Counted from the stretch's first letter, positions 1 through 9,662 are shown. The stretch: DNA of 50,862 bases from an uncultured Mediterranea sp. (GCA_945836915.1 CAMAMO010000001.1:1-50862); one strand, 5' to 3'. Numbers and translations are program-made. Notes: a model not told the origin generated them from the sequence alone.

Positions 1-80
1 CATCTGTCATCACCCGAGTTTCGTTGTCTTCACACTCGCGAAAACATTTCTTGAAATCTCAAATAATCACCCAACGTTTC

Positions 81-131
81 AAAAGGTTACGGAGGGTCAC
101 TTTTGCTTCAAAAAGGTCACTTAAAGGTCAC
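81..131. repeat. Four phased GGT(C/T)AC direct repeats just beyond the tRNA 3' end; possible tyrosine-integrase arm-type sites
   Basis: AAAAGGTTAC 81-90, GGAGGGTCAC 91-100, AAAAGGTCAC 111-120, TAAAGGTCAC 122-131; spacing 10/20/11 bp. The function is inferred. Confidence 0.45.
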
Positions 132-140
132 CAATAAAAG

Positions 141-176
141 AAAAAGCACTTGCAAGATTCTCGCAAGTGCTTTTTT
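141..176 (-). terminator. Intrinsic terminator downstream of the tRNA (could act in both directions)
   Basis: AAAAAGCACTTGC ... GCAAGTGCTTTTTT hairpin with A/T tracts on both sides. Confidence 0.75.
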
Positions 177-179
177 ATG

Positions 180-253
180 TGGACCAGCTTGGGCTTGAAC
201 CAAGGACCTCCAGATTATGAGTCTGTTGCTCTAACCAACTGAGCTACAAGTCC
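180..253 (-). tRNA. tRNA with CAT anticodon (Ile2/lysidine type or elongator Met); CCA not encoded
   Basis: Reverse complement GGACTTGTAGCTCAGTTGGTTAGAGCAACAGACTCATAATCTGGAGGTCCTTGGTTCAAGCCCAAGCTGGTCCA folds as a cloverleaf with loop CTCATAA. It lacks the initiator GGG/CCC anticodon stem. Confidence 0.93.
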
Positions 254-283
254 TAAAATGATGTGCTTTCTTTATAGCGGTTA

Positions 284-291
284 CAAAAGTA
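284..291 (-). promoter_or_regulatory. Bacteroidetes housekeeping -7 promoter element for the tRNA
   Basis: TACTTTTG (TAnnTTTG) on the minus strand, with a TTTG -33-like element near 312-315. Confidence 0.6.
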
Positions 292-323
292 GTGGTTTCT
301 ATTGAATTTTGCAAACTTTTTGG

Positions 324-638
324 CTAAAAGTTAGCTTTTCTCTTGGGGTTACGCGGAAACCAGCCTTTTTTTACACGCTCTTCCTGCTCGAAAAGCTCTT
401 TTATGGTCCAAAACGAGGAGAAAGCAAAGACGCCAGATAAGGTGGACCATATAACGCTATCCACCCATAGCGAAAGTGCTACTCCGCCAAGGCCTAACAA
501 CAGGAAAATCCACCAGCAACGGGTGCCCCAATAGTACTCGGCCTTGACCACAACGGGGTGGAAAAGGCCGATGATGAGGAACGTCATGATGCCGATGACT
601 AACCCCGAGAGGTGATGCATCGTGAGCCAATCAGTCAT
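324..638 (-). CDS. DUF4491 family small membrane protein
   Basis: GLFHPVVVKAEYYWG and ELFEQEERVKKGWFPRNPKR motifs, three hydrophobic segments. Start MTDW at 638 overlaps the asnC stop (ATGACTGA). Confidence 0.8.
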   Translation of the reverse strand: MTDWLTMHHLSGLVIGIMTFLIIGLFHPVVVKAEYYWGTRCWWIFLLLGLGGVALSLWVDSVIWSTLSGVFAFSSFWTIKELFEQEERVKKGWFPRNPKRKANF

Positions 639-1101
639 GCTCTTCAGAACAGATGGGTATCTCTTTCTTGATGCTTTGCTCAAGCGATATCAACGTCTCT
701 GTTGCGACCACGCCAGGAATCTCCTGCATCTTGTTGTTCAAAAGGTCCATCAGGTGCTCGTTATCGCGTGCATAGACCTTGGTCAGCATGGTGTAGGGTC
801 CCGTGGTGAAGTGGCATTCTACAATCTCTGGAATCTTGCTTAGCTGGGCTACGACAGCCTTGTACATCGAACCTTTCTCAAGCTTGATTCCTACATAGGT
901 GCAGGTGTGATAACCTAGCGATTTGGGGTTGACGTTGTATCCTGAACCGATAATCACGCCCAGGTCAATCAAGCGCTGAACACGTTGGTGAATGGCGGCA
1001 CGTGATACACCACAGTCAGCAGCTACATCCTTGAAAGGAATGCGGGCATTTTGTGAGATAATCTCCAAAATCTGCCGGTCTAATGAGTCTATTTTCTCCA
1101 T
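631..1101 (-). CDS. asnC: Lrp/AsnC family transcriptional regulator
   Basis: LDRQILEIISQNARIPF HTH, ECHFTTGPY, ETLISL. Start trimmed to MEKID; TATATTTG promoter at 1143-1150. Confidence 0.9.
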   Translation of the reverse strand: MEKIDSLDRQILEIISQNARIPFKDVAADCGVSRAAIHQRVQRLIDLGVIIGSGYNVNPKSLGYHTCTYVGIKLEKGSMYKAVVAQLSKIPEIVECHFTTGPYTMLTKVYARDNEHLMDLLNNKMQEIPGVVATETLISLEQSIKKEIPICSEEHD

Positions 1102-1245
1102 TACTATCTTATTATTAGATGTTGAACTTATCAAAAAGTAAGCAAATATAGCTCTTTATTTTAATTTATCCATAATAATGGAACTTTTTTTGTGGAAAAG
1201 ATGTGATTTTTGATAGAAAAAGTCTCAAAAGTATGTTCTTCGACA

Positions 1246-1293
1246 TAAAAATAGCACTGCCGCTTACTGGGGTGACCCGTAAACGGCAGTGCT
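1246..1293 (-). terminator. Intrinsic terminator after the FKBP pair
   Basis: AGCACTGCCG...CGGCAGTGCT stem followed by a T-rich tail on the minus strand. Confidence 0.7.
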
Positions 1294-1316
1294 TGGTGTA
1301 TGGAGAGTAGCTCTCC

Positions 1317-2210
1317 TTATTTCTTCTTATCTTCCTTGACAATCTCGAGCAGTTCAACCTCGAAAATCAGGGTAGAGAAGGGCTTGATGTCGCCACCAGT
1401 CTCACGAGTACCATAGGCCAGTTCGCTGGGGATGTAGAGCTCCCACTTAGAACCTACGGGCATCATGGTGAGGGCCTCTGTCCAACCCTTGATAACCTGG
1501 TTAGCGCGGAAGGTAGCTGGCTCGTTGCGCTTGTATGAGCTGTCAAACTCCTTACCGTCAATCAGTGTACCGCGGTAGTTTACCTTCACGCGATCAGTCT
1601 CAGTGGGCTTGGCACCCTTACCTTCCTTGATGACTTTATATTGCAGACCGCTGGGCAGGGTGATAACACCCTCTTTCTCCTTGTTCTCTGCCAGGAACTT
1701 CTCACCGGCAGCCTTGTTGTCAGCATACTTTTCAGCGATGGCCTTCTCCTTGATAGTATCCATCTGCTTGGTCATATACTCCTGAGCCTCTTCCTTCGTC
1801 ATAGCGCCCTTCACCTTAGCTACGCCAGTCAGGAAACCTGCCAGCATGTTCTCGCGGCTCAAGGTCATGGTTGAGTCGTTACCGAAAATCTGACGGTTGA
1901 AGCCTTCAACCCACTGCTTGCTGACCATCTGACCAATCTGCAAACCGGCCATATAGGCTGCATCGTCCTTTCCAATCTTACGGGCACCTTCGTTGAAACC
2001 CTTGATGAACATAGCCATTTGGGTGGAATCGATGCCCTGCTGAGCCAGGTATTGATCCAGACCCTCGGTGCGGGCCAGGCCGATGGCGTATGACAGTGAA
2101 TCTACTTCGTTGGCCAGGTTGGCCTTAGGAGCCTGAGCCGTGCAAGAAGAGAGAACTGCTGTAGCGGCCAGAACCAAAATTAATGATACTTTTTTCATTG
2201 CTTTATTCAT
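1317..2210 (-). CDS. FKBP-type peptidyl-prolyl isomerase (FkpA/Mip-like lipoprotein with duplicated FKBP_N)
   Basis: Lipobox LSSC, DSLSYAIG, LPSGLQYKVI, YRGTLIDGKEFDSS, VIKGWTEAL, IPSELAYG. Start may be 2198. Confidence 0.93.
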   Translation of the reverse strand: MNKAMKKVSLILVLAATAVLSSCTAQAPKANLANEVDSLSYAIGLARTEGLDQYLAQQGIDSTQMAMFIKGFNEGARKIGKDDAAYMAGLQIGQMVSKQWVEGFNRQIFGNDSTMTLSRENMLAGFLTGVAKVKGAMTKEEAQEYMTKQMDTIKEKAIAEKYADNKAAGEKFLAENKEKEGVITLPSGLQYKVIKEGKGAKPTETDRVKVNYRGTLIDGKEFDSSYKRNEPATFRANQVIKGWTEALTMMPVGSKWELYIPSELAYGTRETGGDIKPFSTLIFEVELLEIVKEDKKK

Positions 2211-2247
2211 TGTTTAATAGTTAGTCTTTTTGAATAAAATCGTGGAT

Positions 2248-2841
2248 TTACTTCAGCACCTTCAGCAGCTCTACCTCGAAAATCAAGGTGCTGTGGGGCG
2301 GAATCATCTCGCCGGCACCACGTGCGCCGTAACCCAGATCGCTGGGGATGTAGAGTTTCCATTTCGATCCTACAGGCATCAGTTGCAAGGCTTCTACCCA
2401 TCCGGGAATTACCTGGTTTACACCGAAGGTGGCGGGCTGGCCACGCTTGATGCTGCTGTCAAACAGGGTGCCATCGATGAGTGTACCCTCGTAGTGGCAC
2501 TCTACGCGGTCGGTTGCCTTGGCACGCGGAGCGTTGAGGTCGCCTTCGTTGATGACCTCGTACTGCAGACCGCTGGGCAAGGTAATCACACCCTCGCGTT
2601 GTTTGTTCTCTTCAAGGAACTTCTTGCCGTTTTCGATGTTGGCAGCATTCATCTTCTGCTCCATCTCTTCGAAGAACTTATTCACGATATCGCGGGCCTC
2701 GGTATGGGTCATGGCGGTGGGGTTGCCATTGAGCACATCACTGATGGCTTGAGCAAAATCTTCAACTGTGATGCCTTTGGCACCCATACTTAACAGGTTC
2801 TGGCCAATGCCTAAACCGATGGCGTAACTGAATTTATCCAT
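2248..2841 (-). CDS. FKBP-type peptidyl-prolyl isomerase (cytoplasmic, FklB-like)
   Basis: DKFSYAIG, HYEGTLIDGTLFDSS, VIPGWVEAL, IPPHSTLIFEVEL; TATTTTTG promoter at 2867-2874. Confidence 0.93.
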   Translation of the reverse strand: MDKFSYAIGLGIGQNLLSMGAKGITVEDFAQAISDVLNGNPTAMTHTEARDIVNKFFEEMEQKMNAANIENGKKFLEENKQREGVITLPSGLQYEVINEGDLNAPRAKATDRVECHYEGTLIDGTLFDSSIKRGQPATFGVNQVIPGWVEALQLMPVGSKWKLYIPSDLGYGARGAGEMIPPHSTLIFEVELLKVLK

Positions 2842-3012
2842 TTCTCTTATTTTTCGTTATAGGGCGCAAAAATACGGCTTTTTATTTGAATAAGAGTTGG
2901 TTTACACTATATTTTTCCATTTTTTATCCTTTTTGAGGCTGTTTTCTAAACCTTTTCATGTAATTTTGCGGTAATTGTAACTCATCTTTTTTCATAAGGA
3001 GGATTTTGTACT

Positions 3013-3717
3013 ATGACTAAGAAGAATTTGGTGGTATTGAGTGGCGCTGGAATGAGCGCTGAGAGTGGTATCAGTACGTTTCGTGATGCAGGTGGCTTAT
3101 GGGATAAATACCCGGTTGAGGCGGTGGCTACCCCTGAAGGCTATGCGCGCGACCCTCAGTTGGTTATTAATTTCTATAATGAACGCCGCAAGCAGCTGCT
3201 CACTGTTGAACCCAATGAGGGGCACCGTGGAGTAGCCGAGTTGGAGAAGGCGTTTAACGTTACCGTGGTGACGCAGAATGTGGATAACCTGCATGAAAGG
3301 GCGGGCAGTACGCATGTGGTTCATCTGCATGGTGAACTGACCAAGGTCTGCTCAAGTCGCGACCCGAACAATCCCCATTATATCAAGGAGCTGAAGCCAG
3401 AGGAGTATGAGGTGAAGTTGGGTGATAAGGCTGGCGATGGTAGCCAACTGCGCCCCTTTATCGTCTGGTTTGGCGAGTCTGTGCCTGAGATTGAGACGGC
3501 TATTGGCTATGTAGAGCAGGCGGATATCTTAGTAATTATCGGCACAAGTCTGAATGTCTATCCGGCTGCGGGATTGCTGCATTATGCTCCGATGGATTGT
3601 GAGATTTATCTGATTGATCCCAAACCGGTGGACGCTCATACTATGCGCACCATTCACACCATTCAGTGTGGCGCTTCTGAGGGAGTGAAAAAGCTCCGCG
3701 AGATGCTGAAGTCGTAA
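3013..3717 (+). CDS. cobB: NAD-dependent protein deacylase (class III sirtuin)
   Basis: GAGMSAESGISTFR, TQNVDNLHERAG, HLHG, RPFIVWFGE, GTSLNVYPAA; YxxR motif (YNERR); TAATTTTG promoter at 2961-2968. Confidence 0.93.
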   Translation: MTKKNLVVLSGAGMSAESGISTFRDAGGLWDKYPVEAVATPEGYARDPQLVINFYNERRKQLLTVEPNEGHRGVAELEKAFNVTVVTQNVDNLHERAGSTHVVHLHGELTKVCSSRDPNNPHYIKELKPEEYEVKLGDKAGDGSQLRPFIVWFGESVPEIETAIGYVEQADILVIIGTSLNVYPAAGLLHYAPMDCEIYLIDPKPVDAHTMRTIHTIQCGASEGVKKLREMLKS

Positions 3718-3735
3718 GATGCCGATAGGTTTTAC

Positions 3736-4518
3736 CTACTTTTTGAACAGCAAACGGACAACAAACCAGGCATGCATGGCCAACGTAGTGAAGAGCCCGT
3801 AGTGATGGACCATGATGCGGAAACGTTCGTTAAGCGAGGCTTGGTGGTTCTTAGTAGTCATTCCTTCGCTGAGGTATTCGATGAGCGTCAGGTGGGTGTT
3901 GAAGAGCAGTTTTGAGCACTTCATCACCCGGATGCACCAGTCGAAGTCGGCACTGAACCGGTAGTGGGTATCATAAGCCGGAGCCAGTGTACGCTTGGCA
4001 AAAAAGGCCTGATGACACACCAACATGCCGTGGCGGAAACTCTTCCAGTTGAGCTTCTTTGGTGTCTGTAGCCGGCGCATTCTCACGAAGTGGCCTTCGC
4101 TATCGACCAGTTGGGTCTCACCGTAGATGACGTCGGGCAGTTCATGAAGGCCAGCTTCGTGGAGGCGATGCACCATCTGTTGCAGCGTATCGTCTTCATG
4201 GAAACAGTCGCCGGCATTCAGAAAACAGACGTAGTCGCCTGTGGCCAGTCGGAGGCCTTTGTTCATGGCGTCATAGAGCCCTTTATCGGGCTCGCTCACC
4301 ACCTTGGCCATGTGCGACTGGTAGCGGCGGATGATATCCAGGGTGCCATCGGTGGATTGGCCATCAATGAGGATATACTCTATGTGGTGATAGGTTTGGG
4401 TGATGACACTCTGAAGGGTGTCTTCGATGGTAGATGCGGCATTATAGCAGACGGTGATGATGCTGAACTTTGGTTGCAGCGGGGCTGGTCGAAGGGCATT
4501 GGCTTGGTTGGTCATCAT
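3736..4518 (-). CDS. GT2 glycosyltransferase, WcaE/WfgS-like (putative fucosyltransferase, terminal gene of the lfg-like locus)
   Basis: FSIITVCYN, IDGQSTDGT, SEPDKGLYDAMNKG, FLNAGD, CHQAFF, SADFDW. Confidence 0.85.
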   Translation of the reverse strand: MMTNQANALRPAPLQPKFSIITVCYNAASTIEDTLQSVITQTYHHIEYILIDGQSTDGTLDIIRRYQSHMAKVVSEPDKGLYDAMNKGLRLATGDYVCFLNAGDCFHEDDTLQQMVHRLHEAGLHELPDVIYGETQLVDSEGHFVRMRRLQTPKKLNWKSFRHGMLVCHQAFFAKRTLAPAYDTHYRFSADFDWCIRVMKCSKLLFNTHLTLIEYLSEGMTTKNHQASLNERFRIMVHHYGLFTTLAMHAWFVVRLLFKK

Positions 4519-4521
4519 GGC

Positions 4522-5784
4522 TCAGAGGGTCTCTTTTAAGAGTTTGGCATAAAGTTGACCGTATTGGTTGGCCACGCTGCGCTCACTGTAGCAGGCGTTG
4601 ACTTTGGCTACGGCTTCGTGGCTTAAGCTCTCATACGCCGGGGTGGTGAGAAGGGTGTAGATGCCCTCAGCCAGTTGCTCCGCAGAGTGCTCTTTCGTCA
4701 GGTAGCCGTTTTTCAGATGGTCAATCATCTCGGGAATACCACCGGTAGGAAAGCCTACACAGGGGGTGCCGCAAGCCATGGCCTCCATGATAGTGTTAGG
4801 CAGGTTTTCATCCAATGAGGGGATAACGTAGAGATCTGCTGCGTTATAGATCTCCACCAACTGATGCTCCTCTCTGACGTAACCCATGTTATGTACCTTG
4901 AAGGGAACCAGCGGTTGCAGTTCAGCGGCATGCATGCCGACAGCAACTAAAGCCAATTGCTCTTTCAGTGCAGGGTGCTGCTTGGCCAATAGTCGGCAGG
5001 CTTCGACCATATAGTCAATGCCTTTGCGTTTATCGGTCAGTTTTACCGAGCCGAAGAGTATCAGCTTGCCCTCGGTAGGCAGTGCCAACTTCTGTCGTGC
5101 TTCTGTCTGCTTTATGGGGTGAAACAGGGTGGTAGAGATAGGATTTGGAATGACGCTGACTGGTTGGTTGGCTAACAGTGCACTCTGCTTGGCCATCCCT
5201 TCCAGCCAATGGCTACAGGTGACAAAATGGATACCTCCACTGGCATAGAGGCGCTGTTTTTGGCGGAAGATACGGGTGGAGAGGTCCTTTCGCTTTTGGC
5301 TGTAAATCATGGGGCACGCTCCACATTCGCTATGAAAGGCAGTGCAGGTGCGGGCATGATGGCAGATGCCGGTGCAAGGCCACATGTCGTGCATGGTCCA
5401 TACCACAGGTTTACCCGAAGCGAGAATCTTGCGGATGACTTTAAGCGAAAGCATGCCTTGGTTGATCCAATGCAGATGGATGAGGTCGGCCTCTTTGAAC
5501 TCTGGCAGGCGGGTGATGTCGTTACCTGTATTGGCAATATCTACACTAAAGAGCCGTTCGCGTCTGAAGTGGCTGTTAATCCAGATAACGACACGTTCCC
5601 ACACGAATTTCCGCACCTGTTTCCAGCCACCGCCAAGGGCTACGGTAGAGATGCGGTCAGTTTGCTTATCGCGCACCAGCATTTTGGCCTTGATGCCATG
5701 GCTTTTCAGCGCTTCGGTCAGTCGGCCTGCTGCAATGGCAGCTCCTCCAGTTCGTTCGGAGGTGTTGACAATCAATATTCTCAT
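4522..5784 (-). CDS. GT4 glycosyltransferase (WcaC-like)
   Basis: GGAAIAA, IHLHW, WTMHDMWPCTGICH, ENLPNTIMEAMACGTP. Start MRILIV at 5784, downstream of TACCTTTG at 5817-5824. Confidence 0.88.
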   Translation of the reverse strand: MRILIVNTSERTGGAAIAAGRLTEALKSHGIKAKMLVRDKQTDRISTVALGGGWKQVRKFVWERVVIWINSHFRRERLFSVDIANTGNDITRLPEFKEADLIHLHWINQGMLSLKVIRKILASGKPVVWTMHDMWPCTGICHHARTCTAFHSECGACPMIYSQKRKDLSTRIFRQKQRLYASGGIHFVTCSHWLEGMAKQSALLANQPVSVIPNPISTTLFHPIKQTEARQKLALPTEGKLILFGSVKLTDKRKGIDYMVEACRLLAKQHPALKEQLALVAVGMHAAELQPLVPFKVHNMGYVREEHQLVEIYNAADLYVIPSLDENLPNTIMEAMACGTPCVGFPTGGIPEMIDHLKNGYLTKEHSAEQLAEGIYTLLTTPAYESLSHEAVAKVNACYSERSVANQYGQLYAKLLKETL

Positions 5785-5892
5785 TCCTATCTTATAAGCT
5801 CTGTTGATACTGGCTGCAAAGGTAACCAAAATCCAGTAAGGTAGTGCTGCTGCTCAGTGTTTAATTGATTTCAGAGGCTATTTTCTTTCCTG

Positions 5893-6816
5893 TTAGGCGC
5901 CGAAGTCTCCTTTCAGCGTGCGTTTGATGCGGCGTAGTGCTTTGGCCCAGAAGCCATTGGTGCGATGGTAATAACGGGCCATAGAGCGGCGTGCTTCCTG
6001 ATTTTCTTTGATGGGGGTAATCATCTCAACAGGCAAAGGTTCCATCCAGAGTGTGGAGCTGTATAGTCCGCCACCACCACAGTTGGTGCCAGTGCCATCA
6101 AAGCCGGTGTTGTGCACCAATGAGCGACCTACGTTGAGCGAGAGTATATCATTCAAAAAGAGGCTTGCGTTCCAGCGGATAGCCCACGAGTTGTTTTCCC
6201 CTGCAATTTGGCGGCGCAGCATGCGGGTGAAGGGGTAGTTGCCATTGAAGTCGAACTGACGGGTCAGATGGCGCTCTTCCAGTTCGGCAAGCAGTGCCTT
6301 TCCATCGGGATTAAAGAGTTTCCAAGCTCGTTCCCAGGTGGCCCAGCCCCAACTGCCAGTCCACTTGATTAGGAAGGTATAGGGTAGAGTGGGGTCGTTG
6401 GTGAAGTCGCAGGCTTGGATATGGCCTACGCGAGGCTCGTCAGCATAGCGGGTGAGGGCCTCGTTCATGAAGCGGAGAAAGTAGGGCGATACAACCAGAT
6501 CATCCTCAACCACGATGACTCGGCCATAGCGTTTGACTTGTGTTGTGACACCATCAATGACGTTACGTGCTAATCCCCAATTTTCGTTGCGCTCAATCAC
6601 CTCGATGGAGCCAAAACCGCTAACCTGATGTAACAATTGGCGCACTTCGTTCACCAAGGGCTCATCTTCACTTTTTTTGGGGGCATCGCAATAGGCTATC
6701 AGCGGACTTCTCTGGCACTCTTCATTCTCCAGAAGTGTGGAAAGGAGCTGTTTGGTGTGCTTTGGACGGTTGTATGCAAAGAGCACGATGGGGGCAAGTG
6801 TAGCGTATTCAGGCAT
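5893..6816 (-). CDS. GT-A fold glycosyltransferase (EDD-motif sugar transferase)
   Basis: PIVLFAYNRP, NWGLARNVIDGV, VIVVEDDL, SWGWATWERAW, WAIRW. Confidence 0.8.
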   Translation of the reverse strand: MPEYATLAPIVLFAYNRPKHTKQLLSTLLENEECQRSPLIAYCDAPKKSEDEPLVNEVRQLLHQVSGFGSIEVIERNENWGLARNVIDGVTTQVKRYGRVIVVEDDLVVSPYFLRFMNEALTRYADEPRVGHIQACDFTNDPTLPYTFLIKWTGSWGWATWERAWKLFNPDGKALLAELEERHLTRQFDFNGNYPFTRMLRRQIAGENNSWAIRWNASLFLNDILSLNVGRSLVHNTGFDGTGTNCGGGGLYSSTLWMEPLPVEMITPIKENQEARRSMARYYHRTNGFWAKALRRIKRTLKGDFGA

Positions 6817-7732
6817 GACGGTAATGGTTTCTTGTGTTGATAATCTGCATACTCATTGCGGTTAGTTTCAGTGCCATCTTCATGAAGGCGAGGCTGTCAC
6901 TGGTTTTCCCATGTCCCAGAGCGATGAGGCTCTTTTTCACCGCAGCCAATACACTGTAAGCCATGGCGGCGGGCAGGGAATGATTCAGGTTGGCATATTC
7001 TGATAGCAGATAGACCCACTCGCTCCTCAGATAGGCGGTATGAGTGACGGGGCGGTATTCGCGGTCGTGGCAACCGAAGACTTGCGGGCTGTAGGCAATG
7101 GCATAGCCGTGGTAATGGAGGCGATTGACGAAATCCACATCCTCACCATAGTGGTAGAAGAGGGGTGAGAAGCCGCCTAACTGTTGCCATACGGGGGCTG
7201 GTATCAACCAAAAGGCGGCGTTGACAAAGCCTGCCTCGTGGTGCGACTGGCTTTGGTCGAGTGCTTCGAGGTCTTTCAGCTTGGTGTAGTGGGCAAATCC
7301 TTTCTCCAGTCGGTTGCCTTCGCCATTGAGGTGGGTAGGCGAGAGGATACCGTAGTGGGGTAGTTGGAGGCTCAACTCCATCAGGGTGCCAAGGGTCTGC
7401 TCATCAATCCAGGCATCTTGGTTGAGCAAGAAGAGGTAGTGGGCTCCGTCGAGTAAGGCCTGTTCTGCAGCTTGGTTGTTGGCTTGCCCAAAGCCGCGGT
7501 TTTCTCTGTTCTCGATGAGGTGTACTTCGGGATAGTCTCTTTTGAGTCGTTCTACGGTGTGGTCGGTCGAAGCATTATCAACCACGTAGATGGTTGGCTT
7601 CAGGATGGATTGGCGTAGGGACCCCATGCAGCGATTCAGCCAGCGCTCGAAGTTATAGGTTACAATGAGCACAGCCACCTTGGGTGTGGCTACAGGGTGT
7701 GTGCTAACTGGTTGATTACAAGCCCCATTCAT
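6809..7732 (-). CDS. GT2 glycosyltransferase (rhamnosyltransferase-like)
   Basis: VLIVTYN, VDNASTD, NRGFGQANN, LLNQDA, GGF...YGEDVDF. Confidence 0.83.
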   Translation of the reverse strand: MNGACNQPVSTHPVATPKVAVLIVTYNFERWLNRCMGSLRQSILKPTIYVVDNASTDHTVERLKRDYPEVHLIENRENRGFGQANNQAAEQALLDGAHYLFLLNQDAWIDEQTLGTLMELSLQLPHYGILSPTHLNGEGNRLEKGFAHYTKLKDLEALDQSQSHHEAGFVNAAFWLIPAPVWQQLGGFSPLFYHYGEDVDFVNRLHYHGYAIAYSPQVFGCHDREYRPVTHTAYLRSEWVYLLSEYANLNHSLPAAMAYSVLAAVKKSLIALGHGKTSDSLAFMKMALKLTAMSMQIINTRNHYRHA

Positions 7733-7734
7733 GC

Positions 7735-9174
7735 TTAATGTATGCGTTTATGGATGAGAAAATCGATACTCTCTTTGAAGATGACAGAACCTGACAGCTT
7801 CAGCACGAGGGCGTAGAGTAGGGCGACGCTCACCATTTGGCAACCCATGTGTAGGATGCGTGACTCAATCTCTATCGTCAGCCAGGCGATTAAGAAGATC
7901 AGTGCCAAGCTGAGTAGGAGGTAGGGGGAGATATCGCGCATAAAGTCGCCAAAACGTAGGTTGATTTCTCGGCGAACGAACAGGTACCAAATCGCTAACC
8001 ATCCGATGTTGATGGCAACAAAACAGCGCATCATCCACTCCAGACCATAGGGGTAGCTGATGAAGGCTACAACCAGCTGTACAACACTCTGAATCATGTT
8101 ATTCCACATAAAGAGCGAGGAGTGGCCACGGCTAACCAACAGCGTGGAGAAGAGGGTGGTGATAGGTACGAAGGCACCCCATAGACAGAGCAGCCTGAGT
8201 AGATGTGCACAAGCCATCCACTTATCGGTTAGGGTGATGACAATCAAATCTTCAGCCACTAAGCTAAGTCCCAGCATAGCTGGAAAGGAGATGAAAGCGG
8301 CTAACCGTAGTAGCTTGCGGAAAATAGCCAGTTGGCGTGCAGGCTCTTCATTCACTTGGGTTAACACGGGCTGAGCTACACTGGTTAGCATACCGGTGAT
8401 AAAGGTGTGCCCCATGCTGTTCCACTTGTTGGCTTGGGTGAAGTTACCTACCTCGCGTTCGGTGTAGAATTTACCCAGCAATACGCTGAAAAGATTATAG
8501 TTTAGAATGGTGCAGAGGTTGGTGATAATCAATTTACTGCTGAAACCAATCATCTGTCGTACGGGTGTAAAGTTCATGGGCAAGGTAGGGTGCCAATGGG
8601 CCAGCCAGCCGTTCAGCAGGGTCATCATGCTGACGTAGGTCAGTGTCTGCATTGCAATACCCCAATAGGCAAAGCCGTAGTAAGCCAGAGTGATGCCGAC
8701 AAGGCCTGAGATGGCTAAACTTCCAAGGGTAGCCAGTGTGCTTTCCTTCACCTTCAGGCGGCTGAACAGGATAGCTCGCGGTACGATGTTGAGACTGGAG
8801 ATAACAAAGCTGAGGAAGCAGACTCGTGCCAGAGGGGTTAAGGCTGGCACACTATAGAAGCGGGCAATCAGGGGAGCTGAGAGAAAGAGGAGAAGGTAAA
8901 GGGAGAGGCTAACTCCTACATTAAACCAGAATACCGCGTTATAGTCGGCATGGGTGGCATTCTTTCGGTTGGTCAGGGCGGCGATGAAGCCTCCCTCCTG
9001 CAATGCGCACGCTATCGCATTAAAAATGGTGAGCATGCCCACCATGCCATAGTCAGCAGGGGTGAGCAGTCGGGCCAAGAAAATGCCAAAGAGTAGGTTC
9101 AGTAGCTGCTGCAATGCATTGCTGAATCCTCCCCACAGTAAACCTTTGGCTGTTTTCTCTTTTAACTCACTCAT
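7735..9174 (-). CDS. wzx: Wzx/WzxC-like oligosaccharide flippase
   Basis: LKEKTAKGLLW, LARLLTPADYG; many TM segments; lies downstream of metG. Confidence 0.88.
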   Translation of the reverse strand: MSELKEKTAKGLLWGGFSNALQQLLNLLFGIFLARLLTPADYGMVGMLTIFNAIACALQEGGFIAALTNRKNATHADYNAVFWFNVGVSLSLYLLLFLSAPLIARFYSVPALTPLARVCFLSFVISSLNIVPRAILFSRLKVKESTLATLGSLAISGLVGITLAYYGFAYWGIAMQTLTYVSMMTLLNGWLAHWHPTLPMNFTPVRQMIGFSSKLIITNLCTILNYNLFSVLLGKFYTEREVGNFTQANKWNSMGHTFITGMLTSVAQPVLTQVNEEPARQLAIFRKLLRLAAFISFPAMLGLSLVAEDLIVITLTDKWMACAHLLRLLCLWGAFVPITTLFSTLLVSRGHSSLFMWNNMIQSVVQLVVAFISYPYGLEWMMRCFVAINIGWLAIWYLFVRREINLRFGDFMRDISPYLLLSLALIFLIAWLTIEIESRILHMGCQMVSVALLYALVLKLSGSVIFKESIDFLIHKRIH

Positions 9175-9245
9175 TGTTACTATCTATCTTCTACTTTTCA
9201 CAACGACTCCAAACCATAATTATCTACCTTGTCAACTCTACACTT

Positions 9246-9662
9246 TCACCCCAGTCGTCTATGCTCTTCAGCCAGTTCACGGTGAAGTTGCAGAGTGTCC
9301 CAGAAGAGGTTATTGGGAGTAACACCTGCTTTCAGCGGAATGGGTGCGATGTTGGTTTGGCGGTAGCGGCTAAGGAAACGGCTGAGTAAGGTATCGTCAA
9401 ATCCACTAAACACCATCATCTCATCAGGGAGCAGTGGACCACCATAGCGCATGGGCAGACGGTCGAAGCCAGGCAAGCCAAGCAGTGCACCCAGAGGTTG
9501 CAGGTAATCACAGGGCATGACGTGACACACCTTGATGTCTATCGTCGCGGCTAAGCGTTCAATCTGCTGCCTCTTCGCCCCCTCCACCTGGTAGAGGTAG
9601 AGGGTGGGCGAGGTGTGCAGCGGTGGGAGGGGTGACTGATTCAATGCACTTTTCATCGTCAC
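9246..9662 (-). CDS. DUF3783-like protein
   Basis: EMMVFSGF, LKAGVTPNNLFW..LHRELAEEH C-terminal signature; start uncertain. Confidence 0.7.
   Translation of the reverse strand: MTMKSALNQSPLPPLHTSPTLYLYQVEGAKRQQIERLAATIDIKVCHVMPCDYLQPLGALLGLPGFDRLPMRYGGPLLPDEMMVFSGFDDTLLSRFLSRYRQTNIAPIPLKAGVTPNNLFWDTLQLHRELAEEHRRLG

Noticed and set aside
3013-3717. Sir2-based anti-phage defence system
   Set aside because: Canonical stand-alone CobB with no partner defence genes
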